IMG/VR virus record: IMGVR_UViG_3300045988_039580
Reading direction: 5' to 3' (one strand)
Length of the DNA stretch: 39,628 nucleotides
DNA from: a virus
Shown here: piece by piece, positions 26,198 through 34,930 of the stretch
Position numbering within the stretch: position 1 is the stretch's first letter
Layout: each line of letters begins with the position of its first letter
Position numbers and translations under genes: made by a program
Notes under the pieces: generated by a model
What the model was told of the DNA's origin: nothing
What the model saw: the letters and a program-made list of their open reading frames with translations, nothing else
Databases searched by the model: none

Positions 26198-26207
26198 CGC
26201 TTTGGGG

Positions 26208-28592
26208 TTAATGTCCAATCAATTTAGGATTCAAATAAACCCGTTGTTTGCCATAGCAGGCACCTCTTTGTCTTGGCGCCGGTCCTTTATTCCACCCCAA
26301 ACTTTCCATGATTGCCTTGAGTTCCCTCTGGTCTGCAGGTGTAAATTTATTCTTTGCACCGTTTAAAACTTCGCACCAAATTTCGAGTAAACTTACGCAG
26401 TCTCTGATGTCTTCCCCCTTGTTCTTCGGGTCCTCCAACCATTGGACTCTGGCGTATAAATCCATATCTTTCCATCCCTCTGGTAGCTTTCTATCTAGAT
26501 AATCCCGGACCATGTCCTCTCGGACACTGGTAAACGTGTGCTCCTTTTGCATCTGTTCGGCTCCGGTCAAAGCTTCGCCCTGAAGGAATAACTTCTCTCC
26601 GTCCTTGAATCTCTGCCTAGCTTCAGCCCAGATCTGATCTCGCTCTTTTGGTAGATCATCAAACACGACTTTCTTCGCTTTCGATATATCCGTGTTGATC
26701 GGCCAGAATCTTCGGTTTCCTGTGTAGTCTCTTAGGAACTCGTCATCGTTTGTGGTACCGAAAAACACGCACTGTCTTGGGTTGTCTGTAACTCGTCTTG
26801 CGTAGGCTTTTCTGTATCGGTCGTCCCTCTTGCTTATAAATTGCTTCATGGACTCGATATCGGCTTTTCTGGCTGCAGATAATTCGGACCATTCAATAAC
26901 CCATGATCCATGCAGTGCCTCGTATCCTTCTTTCCCTGAAATTGTTGTGATTGAATCTGAGAACCACTCTCCGCCCATGATGCTTAGCATGTGGCTTTTT
27001 CCGATTCCCTGATGTCCTACGAGTACGGGCATATAATCCATTTTGCATCCTGGTGTGTAGATTCTGGCCACGGCTGCGGTAAAAGCTTTCCTTGCGACCG
27101 CTCTGCTGTACTCCGAGTCCTCGCTTCCTAGATAGTCTATAAATAGCGTGTCTAGTCTTGGTATGCCATCCCACTCTAGTGTGTCTAGATAGTCACGTAC
27201 TGGGTGAAAGCTGTTTCTCTCCTGGACGTAAGCTATGGCGTCATCCACTTTTCCTTTGGCTACAATGTTGTATTTCTTTTCTAGATAGTATCTGAAACTC
27301 GCATCATCTGTGTCAGTCCAGGTCGGGTCGCTTGGATTGTAGTCCCACCAGGGCAGGTTTCCTTTCTTGACAGGTTTCTGCGCAAATAGGTCGTTGCCTC
27401 CGACTCCGTTTTTAAGTTTTGGATCATTTAAAAGTATGCGGACTATATTGTCTGTAGTGGGCTTGAAGTTTCCCTTCTTGTCCATGTCCATGGCATTCAG
27501 CCAGTCCTCTACTTCTTCTTTACTGCCTCCTACCCCTTGCGAACCCCTCGCGGTGTCGTCCTGGAAGTCGTCCCAGTCCTCGTGAATCTGTTCTTTCTTG
27601 TCTTCTATAAGCTGCTTCCGGGTGCCCTCGTCGTGTTCCATCAGTTCGAGCATGTGTTCTGTACTTGCTGGATCGTCTGGCCACTTGTGTATCCTTACAA
27701 GGTCATAGGCGTTGCATAGCTGCTGCCCTGTCGGGTCTGTGTTGTGGTTACTGTAGGCGTACTTATCGTCGTAGATGACTAGACCTCCGGCTGTTGATCC
27801 GTTCGTATAGGTCCAACGGTTCGGGTCCTCTGTCGGCGTGTATTCCTCTGGAATAAATGCCTCAATCGCTTCTTGAATCGTATAGGCCCTACAGAAGGCA
27901 CCAATCCATCCGGACTTAGATAAGGGGTCCTCCTGGTGTCTTATGTCGCTGTGATGCAGTTCTGTCTCTCTGTTAGATCGAGGCCAGTAGCTGATGTCAT
28001 GCCAGTCTCTGTACTGCGCCAGGATCTCATCCGGGTTCAGGTACGCGTTTCTGTCTCCTAGTTGTTCACAGATGTATTCTCCGTCCTTACTGGTGCTAGG
28101 CCAGAACATCATTCGTGCTGGCTGATACGTTGTGTCGTCGAGGTATTCCATTCCGATTGTACTTGCAATCCTTCGAGCGATTGCCTCGTACTCTTCCGGT
28201 GATACTCCCCTTTGTAATGGAATGATCCATCTATATTTAGGCTTTTCCGGTGTGTGCTTATGCGTGGAATATATCACGCTGCAAAAGTCGCACGTTATTC
28301 GGATCAAGTCTAAAAAGTCTTTGTCTGCGAAGTCAGCATCCAATGTGATCATGCTACGTGATAGAACGCTTTGATTGTTTCGTCTTCCGTCTTTTAGTTC
28401 TCCGGCTACGAATCCACCGACGTCCTTGATATTAGACTGCTGGTCCTTCGTCATGTTCTTGTACTCTTCCACCGTTTCTTTTGTTCGGGTCGTTTCTTTT
28501 AGTTTTTTTGTGAATTCCTCCCAGGACATTTCCTGGTTGAAATATTGCTTTTGTTTTCTGTTTTTGCAGGTTGCTATTTGCACATCCTTCAA
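26208..28592 (-). CDS. Primase-helicase: N-terminal AEP prim-pol-like domain plus VirE-type P-loop domain
   Basis: About 791-794 aa. ITLDADF (DxD) and YSTHKH motifs. Walker A GHQGIGKS. The likely true start is the GTG at 28583, 9 nt after AGGAGG. Confidence 0.85.
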   Translation of the reverse strand: MKDVQIATCKNRKQKQYFNQEMSWEEFTKKLKETTRTKETVEEYKNMTKDQQSNIKDVGGFVAGELKDGRRNNQSVLSRSMITLDADFADKDFLDLIRITCDFCSVIYSTHKHTPEKPKYRWIIPLQRGVSPEEYEAIARRIASTIGMEYLDDTTYQPARMMFWPSTSKDGEYICEQLGDRNAYLNPDEILAQYRDWHDISYWPRSNRETELHHSDIRHQEDPLSKSGWIGAFCRAYTIQEAIEAFIPEEYTPTEDPNRWTYTNGSTAGGLVIYDDKYAYSNHNTDPTGQQLCNAYDLVRIHKWPDDPASTEHMLELMEHDEGTRKQLIEDKKEQIHEDWDDFQDDTARGSQGVGGSKEEVEDWLNAMDMDKKGNFKPTTDNIVRILLNDPKLKNGVGGNDLFAQKPVKKGNLPWWDYNPSDPTWTDTDDASFRYYLEKKYNIVAKGKVDDAIAYVQERNSFHPVRDYLDTLEWDGIPRLDTLFIDYLGSEDSEYSRAVARKAFTAAVARIYTPGCKMDYMPVLVGHQGIGKSHMLSIMGGEWFSDSITTISGKEGYEALHGSWVIEWSELSAARKADIESMKQFISKRDDRYRKAYARRVTDNPRQCVFFGTTNDDEFLRDYTGNRRFWPINTDISKAKKVVFDDLPKERDQIWAEARQRFKDGEKLFLQGEALTGAEQMQKEHTFTSVREDMVRDYLDRKLPEGWKDMDLYARVQWLEDPKNKGEDIRDCVSLLEIWCEVLNGAKNKFTPADQRELKAIMESLGWNKGPAPRQRGACYGKQRVYLNPKLIGH

Positions 28593-28641
28593 CCTCCTGT
28601 CTATTCTTCCGCTAGAATATAAAGGATTCTCTGCTTTCTTT

Positions 28642-29100
28642 TCATTTCATATTCCATTTCTTGTTTCCCCGATAGGCCACTTTCTGAAGCTCGTGTTTGA
28701 TACTTTGCAGTGTTCCTTGCTGGAGTGTCCCATTGGCCTTGATCTCTTCTAGAAGCCTTGTAGCGCGTTCAGCGTGCTTGCTGGCGTTCTCTGTATCGCT
28801 TTCCATATCTCTGCAGATTACGGCTAGAGCGTTTGCGATATTGTCTAGGCGGTTGCAGATGCGGTCTGCGGCCTGGTTGATTGCTTTTTCTAGCATGTCT
28901 GCATTGTCGAAGCTGGCCATGTCTTCCTTCCGTCTTTCTTCGGGTGGTTTGTGTAGATAGCTTAGACGAAGAGCTATAGCGTTTTGACTTCGGTTCTTTA
29001 ATATAGAGCCATATTCTTTATAAATCTTTGAGCTGCTATAGCCCAGGGCGTCTAGCTGCTTTAGGAGGTTGTCCTCCTGCTGTGTCCATTTCATACTCAT
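28642..29100 (-). CDS. Hypothetical protein with N-terminal Myb/SANT-like motif
   Basis: 152 aa. KWTQQEDNLLKQL...RSQNAIALRLSYL. Confidence 0.6.
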   Translation of the reverse strand: MSMKWTQQEDNLLKQLDALGYSSSKIYKEYGSILKNRSQNAIALRLSYLHKPPEERRKEDMASFDNADMLEKAINQAADRICNRLDNIANALAVICRDMESDTENASKHAERATRLLEEIKANGTLQQGTLQSIKHELQKVAYRGNKKWNMK

Positions 29101-29103
29101 GTT

Positions 29104-29223
29104 TTATCCTCCTAGCCTTGGTGCTTGTGCTATATCTAAACCGAATACTTCCTTCAAAATATTTAGGAGTATCAGTGCTGCTGTGATATAGATCAAAGCT
29201 ATAATTAAATTTTGTTTTTTCAT
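29104..29223 (-). CDS. Small single-pass membrane protein (below the ORF-track cutoff)
   Basis: 39 aa, MKKQNLIIALIYITAALILLNILKEVFGLDIAQAPRLGG. Fills the gap between polA and the next gene. Its 3' end supplies that gene's GGAGGA RBS. Confidence 0.5.
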   Translation of the reverse strand: MKKQNLIIALIYITAALILLNILKEVFGLDIAQAPRLGG

Positions 29224-29226
29224 GTT

Positions 29227-31245
29227 TTAGTCCTTTTTATAGTATTCAGATATAAATCCATCTCCTACTAGAACCAAGTCTGGCGCCCAGTCTATTGGTT
29301 TGGCCATTACGTCTAGTAGTTGCTTGAATTTTGTTTCTTTTTCTTCCGTCGGTACTTCGCAGATCACTTCATCATGAACGTGCATGATTGTTTTAGCTCC
29401 GATCTCGTCGCAGCCCTTTAGCGTTTCGCATAGGCAGTCCCTTGCGATAGCCTGAACCACGTTCTCCGTAAGCTTTCCGCCCCAGGTTTTTGTCCACTCC
29501 CACTTTCGTGTCGTCTGGTTCAATCCTAAAAAGGATACCTGGCCATCCTTGATTCGTGGGCTAACGTAGCTTAGAATGCGCCCGTTGGGTAAAGATATAT
29601 AGACGTTACTGCCGCCCTTGAAAACCTTCATATTTCGGTCTAGGGTCGTGACTTTGCCGTCTGTGATTGCATCCTCGAAGGCTCGGCCTAGCAAGTACCA
29701 GAAGTCCTTGATACGTGGCGAGGCCTGTCTCCATTTCGTCACAATCTCTTGCTGTTGTTCTGGGCTCAGTCCCATCTTACTAGCACCGAAGGCTTCCAGT
29801 GCTGCTGTTCCGCCTCCGTATCCGAGGGCAAGTTCTGCAATCTTTCCTTTTTGTCTTAGGTGTCCATTGATTCCGTGTTTTTCTACAGGCACTCCGAACA
29901 TCTGGCTAGCTGATGCGCAGTAGATGTCTCCGCCGTTCTTGAATACTTCCTGGCGCCATGTTGTTCTTGTTAACCATGCAATCACTCGGGCTTCGATTGC
30001 GCTATAGTCTGCTACTATGAAGGACTTGCCTTTGGGTGGTGTGATTACAGTTCTGATGATCGTTGAAAAAACATCATTCATACTTGGATAGATGAGCTCC
30101 AAAAGTTCGAAGCTTCCTTCCTTAACTAGGGTTCTTGGTTCGTCTACCTCATCAAAGCTTGGGCGTGGGAAGTTCTGCGGTTGGATCAGTCGGCCTGCCC
30201 ATCTTCCGGTTCTGCCTCCGAAGAATTGGAAGGTTCCCCTGATGCGGTCATCTTCTCCACACGCTCTCTGGAAGGCATCATACTTCCTGACGCTTGTTTT
30301 CCCTAGCTCTTGGCGTATCTCTAGGGCTCTTCTTGTTTCTGGCTTCAGTGTGCCTTTTAGAAGGTCTTTCACGGCTTCTTTGTTCAAACTTTCGACGTCA
30401 TGTCCTTCCTGGTCAAGGATCCATTTTTTTAGCTGTGCTACGCTTTGCGGATTTTCTAGGCCTGTGATATATCTTGCCTCATCCATGAGTGCCATTCCGT
30501 GGTCTAAACTGTAGGACTGAACGTTTTTTATGATCTGCGTATCTACGTGAATTCCTCTGTCGTTTATCCTCTGGTCTCTGTGCCAGTTTTCCCATTCCTG
30601 ATCGGATACGGGCACCAGGTTATTTAGCTTGTTATAAATTGCTTGTTCGGACTCCACGTCGCGCTTGTTGTATTCTATAAAAAGATTCCATTTATCCGGG
30701 TCGTGTTCCGGTAGATTCTTCCATCTTCCGCCGTTGGCTTTTGTCGGTTTGCAAGGCTTGCAGAAATACTGGATCAACCTTTTACCTGTGGCCAGTTTCA
30801 CTTTGTCTTCTTCAATCCCTAGCGCCGGCCCTAGTTGGCCTAAGCTTGAAGGGTAGCCGTTCTCGGCGGCCATGATCATAGTATCTTGCCATTGTTCTGG
30901 TGGAAGGAATCCATCCTCTGTTAGCTTCTTTTTTACTGCGTCTCCTAGAATGTTTTTCTTCTTTGCGTAGTCCTTGACGTATCTGGTTAGGCATACTCGT
31001 TCAAAGTTTGCATTGTGTGCCACCTTCGTGATGTTTTCGTCGGCTAGTGCTGATACTAAAGAAAAAGGTAGATCTTCTTCCATTAAATTTAAAACTTCTA
31101 CTGGATCATCACCCCAGGCGTATCCGAATAGAAGTATTTTGAAGTCTAAATTCTCTGCGTATTTATAAACCCCGCAGGCTGCAAGGTCGACGCTGGAGTA
31201 GGTCTCCAGGTCGATATGCAGTATGGGCTTTTTACAATAAGGCAC
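29227..31245 (-). CDS. polA: Family A DNA polymerase with 3'-5' exonuclease domain
   Basis: 672 aa. Exo I HIDLETYS, motif A DYSAIEARV, motif B RQKGKIAELALGYGGG, motif C HVHDEV. GTG start. Confidence 0.9.
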   Translation of the reverse strand: MPYCKKPILHIDLETYSSVDLAACGVYKYAENLDFKILLFGYAWGDDPVEVLNLMEEDLPFSLVSALADENITKVAHNANFERVCLTRYVKDYAKKKNILGDAVKKKLTEDGFLPPEQWQDTMIMAAENGYPSSLGQLGPALGIEEDKVKLATGKRLIQYFCKPCKPTKANGGRWKNLPEHDPDKWNLFIEYNKRDVESEQAIYNKLNNLVPVSDQEWENWHRDQRINDRGIHVDTQIIKNVQSYSLDHGMALMDEARYITGLENPQSVAQLKKWILDQEGHDVESLNKEAVKDLLKGTLKPETRRALEIRQELGKTSVRKYDAFQRACGEDDRIRGTFQFFGGRTGRWAGRLIQPQNFPRPSFDEVDEPRTLVKEGSFELLELIYPSMNDVFSTIIRTVITPPKGKSFIVADYSAIEARVIAWLTRTTWRQEVFKNGGDIYCASASQMFGVPVEKHGINGHLRQKGKIAELALGYGGGTAALEAFGASKMGLSPEQQQEIVTKWRQASPRIKDFWYLLGRAFEDAITDGKVTTLDRNMKVFKGGSNVYISLPNGRILSYVSPRIKDGQVSFLGLNQTTRKWEWTKTWGGKLTENVVQAIARDCLCETLKGCDEIGAKTIMHVHDEVICEVPTEEKETKFKQLLDVMAKPIDWAPDLVLVGDGFISEYYKKD

Positions 31246-31840
31246 TTAGGTCGTCGCTTCCGGTTTCCTCATCAAACTCAGAAGCGTCGCCGAAGTCTGC
31301 CGTTACACTTGAATGTCCGCCTAATGGTTCTCCGTCTTTTACCTTTAGAACGGAGTTAAGTCCTGCCGCGATTCCTGTTCCGACTTTGTTGAATGGGTAG
31401 AAGTTGAAGCTTACAGCTCCGTAGCATCCGCTATATACATCTTCCAGAATTGCGTTCTTGTCGCTGTATGCGTATGTTACTCCATTCTTGCGGTATCCAA
31501 CTGATACAGGATTGTTGCTCTTTACTGCTAGCATGTATTTGTTCTTGAACTCTGGCGCGCTGTATCTTTCATCCGCGTCGCAGTCAACCAATAATCCGCG
31601 TGTGCTTCCTGGTTCTCTTTTTAGCGGTGTCGCTTTTGCTTTGAAAGAAGCACCGTAGTCTTCTACTCCGTCTTGAACGGCTTCCTGGTATCCCTTAAGG
31701 ATTCGGTTAAGTGTTTCTTTGTCGTCCTTGTCAATTAATACATTCACGCTATATTTGGCGTCCTGGCCCTCTGCAAAGGCGTGTGGTTCTGCCAAGTGGC
31801 AGTATACGAATCTAACTAATTTTGTTTTTACTTGTGACAT
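31232..31840 (-). CDS. DUF2815-family phage protein (SSB-like)
   Basis: 202 aa. N-terminus VRFVYCHLAEPHAF and an acidic C-terminal tail. Canonical partner of DUF2800 and PolA. Confidence 0.7.
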   Translation of the reverse strand: MSQVKTKLVRFVYCHLAEPHAFAEGQDAKYSVNVLIDKDDKETLNRILKGYQEAVQDGVEDYGASFKAKATPLKREPGSTRGLLVDCDADERYSAPEFKNKYMLAVKSNNPVSVGYRKNGVTYAYSDKNAILEDVYSGCYGAVSFNFYPFNKVGTGIAAGLNSVLKVKDGEPLGGHSSVTADFGDASEFDEETGSDDLSALL

Positions 31841-31972
31841 CTTTCTGTTCCTCCTAGTTTTACTCTTTGTCGCATTACGTTTTTAAGCTGTCGCTTTAGA
31901 TCGTTTCTGTGTGGTCCTGGTTTACTGTTTCGAATCTCGGCTCGGATGCGGACCATCTTTTCATCCAAGTCT

Positions 31973-33109
31973 TTAATCGATTCCGTCCTTGAAATCATTT
32001 GCTACACTTCCTAGCTCTGGGCGCTTATCGCTAATTGGCACCAGTGTTGGTTTGCCCTGCGGCTTCTCGATATATTCACCAACGATTTCTGCAAAGTCTT
32101 TCTTTCCGACTAACTTTTCTAGAGCTGTGATAGTCTGAAGTTTTGGCTTTGTCATGATCATGTTGTAATCGAAGCCTGCGTTCTGAAGTGCTTCAGATGC
32201 TTTGACCTCATCTGTAATCTTTCTTCGGCTTGTTCCTTCTACTACTTTATATCCGTCGTAGTGCGTTCCTTTTAGAGCCTGATCCAGTGCGAACTCTTGC
32301 ACCTCTTTGGCCCAGTCGATAAGTCCAGGTAGTTCTGGCAAAAGCTCCGCGATTTGCTGATCTGTTAAAATCATTCCGCACATTCTCTGATATCTTTCGT
32401 TGATTGCTTTCATTTTGGCGGCGTGTGCTGCGCATTGTGCTTTTGCCTTGCAGAACTTGCACCAGTCTCCAGCTTTCTGTTCTCCGTCTCCGTTCCAGGC
32501 TTCTATAGCTGCAGGCTTGACCGTGTTTTCCATCCAGTCTGCCAGTTCTTCGGTAGAAAGCTCCCATGTGCTGATGTGGTCACGTCTAGGCTGTACGATA
32601 TGAAGCTGAACTTTTTCAAAATCGTACAGGCAATCGTATAAGGCCATAACGCCTGCGGCATAAATAGTAAGCTGCGGATTGTGTGGAGCATTTACTTTGA
32701 CGCCTTCTCCGTATTTAAAATCGATAACGTGGAGCGTGTGATTACTTACGATTACTGCGTCGCTTGTTCCGAATCCTTCCGGAATCCATGGGGTCAAATC
32801 GACTTGTACCTCGATAAAAAGGTCCGCGATATCGCTTTTCTTTTTCTCTTTGTTGTATACCTCTAGAACATAGTCTTTATAGTAGTTTGTAGCTTCGTCC
32901 ATTTCACCGTTGGCTGCCTTGACTTTTCTTCGTGGGTGTCCCTCGATCCAGTTACGAAGTTTCTGTTCTGCTACACTGTGGGCCTCTGTTCCCTCTGCTG
33001 CGTAGACGCTTGGCTTTTCTTCGAATAGTTCCTCCAGTCTTGCGGAAGGGTGGCAGTGAATCCATTTGTTGGATCCACTGGCTGATAAAATCGCGTGTTG
33101 ACTAGGCAT
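31973..33109 (-). CDS. DUF2800-family PD-(D/E)XK (Cas4-like) nuclease
   Basis: 378 aa. N-terminus HAILSASGSNKWIHCHPS, core HVIDFKYGEGVKV, and the Cys cluster CKFCKAKAQC. Confidence 0.75.
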   Translation of the reverse strand: MPSQHAILSASGSNKWIHCHPSARLEELFEEKPSVYAAEGTEAHSVAEQKLRNWIEGHPRRKVKAANGEMDEATNYYKDYVLEVYNKEKKKSDIADLFIEVQVDLTPWIPEGFGTSDAVIVSNHTLHVIDFKYGEGVKVNAPHNPQLTIYAAGVMALYDCLYDFEKVQLHIVQPRRDHISTWELSTEELADWMENTVKPAAIEAWNGDGEQKAGDWCKFCKAKAQCAAHAAKMKAINERYQRMCGMILTDQQIAELLPELPGLIDWAKEVQEFALDQALKGTHYDGYKVVEGTSRRKITDEVKASEALQNAGFDYNMIMTKPKLQTITALEKLVGKKDFAEIVGEYIEKPQGKPTLVPISDKRPELGSVANDFKDGID

Positions 33110-33515
33110 GTAGTGCCTCCCAGGCTTCCTGATATTTCTCTTTAGGAATTTCGCAGATCTTGCTTGCTCCCATCTGAGTTAGTAATACCTTAAGTACGGC
33201 CACTCCCTTTTCTTTGGCAAAATCAACGCCTGCTTTCTGTAGCTCTTCCAATGTGATTTCTTTTGCAGTCTCAGAAACAGGTTCATATTGAGTCGTCCAA
33301 TCTTTGGCCATTGGAATCTTAGTCTCACTTTCTTTTTCTTTATGAGTTGGCGTTTCCTTCGTTGGTACTTCTTCTTCCCATGGAAATGTTTCAGGTTCAG
33401 GCAGTTTTTCCTCTAGTCCTGCGCGCTTTAGGTCTAGCTCCTTGGCTAGCTCCAACACTTTTTTAGCGTCGTCGATTTCGCTTGTTGCGAATTGCAATGT
33501 TAGTTGGTAATGCAT
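33102..33515 (-). CDS. Hypothetical early protein
   Basis: 137 aa. AAGGAGG RBS. Confidence 0.65.
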   Translation of the reverse strand: MHYQLTLQFATSEIDDAKKVLELAKELDLKRAGLEEKLPEPETFPWEEEVPTKETPTHKEKESETKIPMAKDWTTQYEPVSETAKEITLEELQKAGVDFAKEKGVAVLKVLLTQMGASKICEIPKEKYQEAWEALHA

Positions 33516-33739
33516 CTATTTTTCCTCCTTTTTCTTGATCTTTTAGACATTTCTTCTAAGAAAGCTGTTTGAAATGCTTTCATGGCTACTTTTAAAACTT
33601 CATCTCTTTCTTCTTCTGGTACTTTGAACATAGCAAATAGAAGCTTGTCATTTTGCGAGATTCGTTCATATTTAGTACGGATTCCCTTTAATCCTTGAAT
33701 GGGTTCTACTAGGCTTACTTTTATTCTGTATAAATACAA
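33500..33739 (-). CDS. Hypothetical early protein
   Basis: 79 aa. TTG start 5 nt after GGAGGA. Confidence 0.55.
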   Translation of the reverse strand: MYLYRIKVSLVEPIQGLKGIRTKYERISQNDKLLFAMFKVPEEERDEVLKVAMKAFQTAFLEEMSKRSRKRRKNRCITN

Positions 33740-33740
33740 A

Positions 33741-34025
33741 TTAGTCCTCCGTTTCTTCCATTTCTACGACTTCTATGTTTTCGCTTGAATTCACTACCTG
33801 CTGCATAAAATCTTTAAGCATCGCCCTCGCTGCGCTTTTTAGAATAGACAGGTATTCTTCTGGATCAGCATCCATCGTTTCGAGAAAGGCCTGTACCTCG
33901 GCTCTGTGTCCTCTAATCTTTGCTTCCATATACATGCTGTCTTCAGCGTCTGGTGTCAGTACAGCTTCTATTGAGAAAAGCTTAAATTCTTCTCTTGCTG
34001 GTTTTTCTTTTTCAATAGTGATCAT
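33741..34025 (-). CDS. Hypothetical acidic early protein
   Basis: Start refined to the ATG at 34025 (GAGGAGG RBS 7 nt upstream), giving 94 aa. Confidence 0.6.
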   Translation of the reverse strand: MITIEKEKPAREEFKLFSIEAVLTPDAEDSMYMEAKIRGHRAEVQAFLETMDADPEEYLSILKSAARAMLKDFMQQVVNSSENIEVVEMEETED

Positions 34026-34027
34026 GT

Positions 34028-34561
34028 TTAGTCCTCCTCTGTTATTTCGCAATTTGCTAGGATATCTTCAAGTGTTGCATCCCTATCAACGCCCTTGAAA
34101 TACCCCTTTTTTCTCATCTCGGTTAAAGAATTTATATTTTTGAACTGATATTCGGGCGAATAGCCTTGTGAACAGCTTTGTGAACAGCTTTGTAATAAAT
34201 CGATTTCAAAGTTAGTTAGTTTAATTGCGGGTGCTTTATAGGGCTGCTCTATCCATTTTATTGCCTTTTCATGACATCCTTTCGACCGATCTTTGTTAAA
34301 TTCGCAGTCAGAGCATCTAATACGATCACATCGGGTAGGTTTTCCTTTGGCTACCGCTAAATTCCACAGGCAATTTTCTAGAATTTCATGTTTGAAATGA
34401 TCTAGATTAGTTTCCTGATTCTGTTCTTTATACTGTTCTCTATATTGCTTCAATTCCTCTAGCCATTCTGCAAGTTGCTTAAAGTTTTCTCTACAAAGAT
34501 CACCCATGCACTGATCTTCAGATGCCTTTTTTGCGCGGGCAATTAATTCATCTAACGTCAT
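34028..34561 (-). CDS. Hypothetical Cys-rich early protein
   Basis: 177 aa. CDRIRCSDCEF...GCH. Contains a 12-nt tandem duplication encoding SCSQSCSQ. Confidence 0.65.
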   Translation of the reverse strand: MTLDELIARAKKASEDQCMGDLCRENFKQLAEWLEELKQYREQYKEQNQETNLDHFKHEILENCLWNLAVAKGKPTRCDRIRCSDCEFNKDRSKGCHEKAIKWIEQPYKAPAIKLTNFEIDLLQSCSQSCSQGYSPEYQFKNINSLTEMRKKGYFKGVDRDATLEDILANCEITEED

Positions 34562-34577
34562 TCTTTCTTTTTCCTCC

Positions 34578-34605
34578 TTGTATTTTTGAACACGTGCTGT
34601 ATAAT
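34578..34605 (+). promoter_or_regulatory. Plus-strand promoter TTGTAT-16 nt-TATAAT, with the -10 bracketed by inverted repeat GAACACG/CGTGTTC
   Basis: -35 at 34578..34583 and consensus -10 at 34600..34605. Inverted-repeat arms at 34588..34594 and 34611..34617. Confidence 0.5.
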
Positions 34606-34611
34606 ATAAGC

Positions 34612-34667
34612 GTGTTCTATTGCTAGAGCCTTATTCGTTTTCGAACGAGGTCTTCTAGCCTTTTTTT
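34612..34667 (+). ncRNA. Predicted ~56-nt plus-strand small RNA: 5' GUGUUCUAUUGCU seed, extended hairpin with UUCG loop, then U7
   Basis: The expected TSS 7 nt after the -10 coincides with the 13-mer. Hairpin at 34622..34659 followed by TTTTTTT at 34661..34667. No plus-strand gene upstream for this terminator to serve. Confidence 0.45.
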
Positions 34668-34915
34668 ATAGAACGCTCGTAGGATTCTACGATATTCTTT
34701 TGAGTTAGGCCTAGATACTGAATAGCACGTTTGGTCAGGATAACGTTGCTGTCGATATTCTCTAGGCCTTCTTTTTTTATATCTTCCATGATCTCCTGGA
34801 AGATCTTGCTTCCTTTGTTCCTTCCGCAACCTATGAACTTCGATAATTCTGTTTTGTTCATATAACCTTTTTCCATCATCTCGTATCTGTAGGCTGCTAG
34901 GTTTTCTACTTGCAA
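34655..34915 (-). CDS. Small putative DNA-binding (HTH) early protein
   Basis: 86 aa. NKTELSKFIGCGRNKGSKIFQEI looks like an HTH. TTG start after AAGGAGG. Confidence 0.55.
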   Translation of the reverse strand: MQVENLAAYRYEMMEKGYMNKTELSKFIGCGRNKGSKIFQEIMEDIKKEGLENIDSNVILTKRAIQYLGLTQKNIVESYERSIKKG

Positions 34916-34930
34916 AGCTCACCACCTCCT

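Noticed and set aside
31828-31956. 42-aa basic ORF (MVRIRAEIRNSKPGPHRNDLKRQLKNVMRQRVKLGGTERCHK) in the 132-nt gap between the DUF2800 and DUF2815 genes
   Set aside because: It has only a weak purine-rich RBS and overlaps the next gene's start. It is plausible but not supportable from sequence alone, so I did not list it as a feature.
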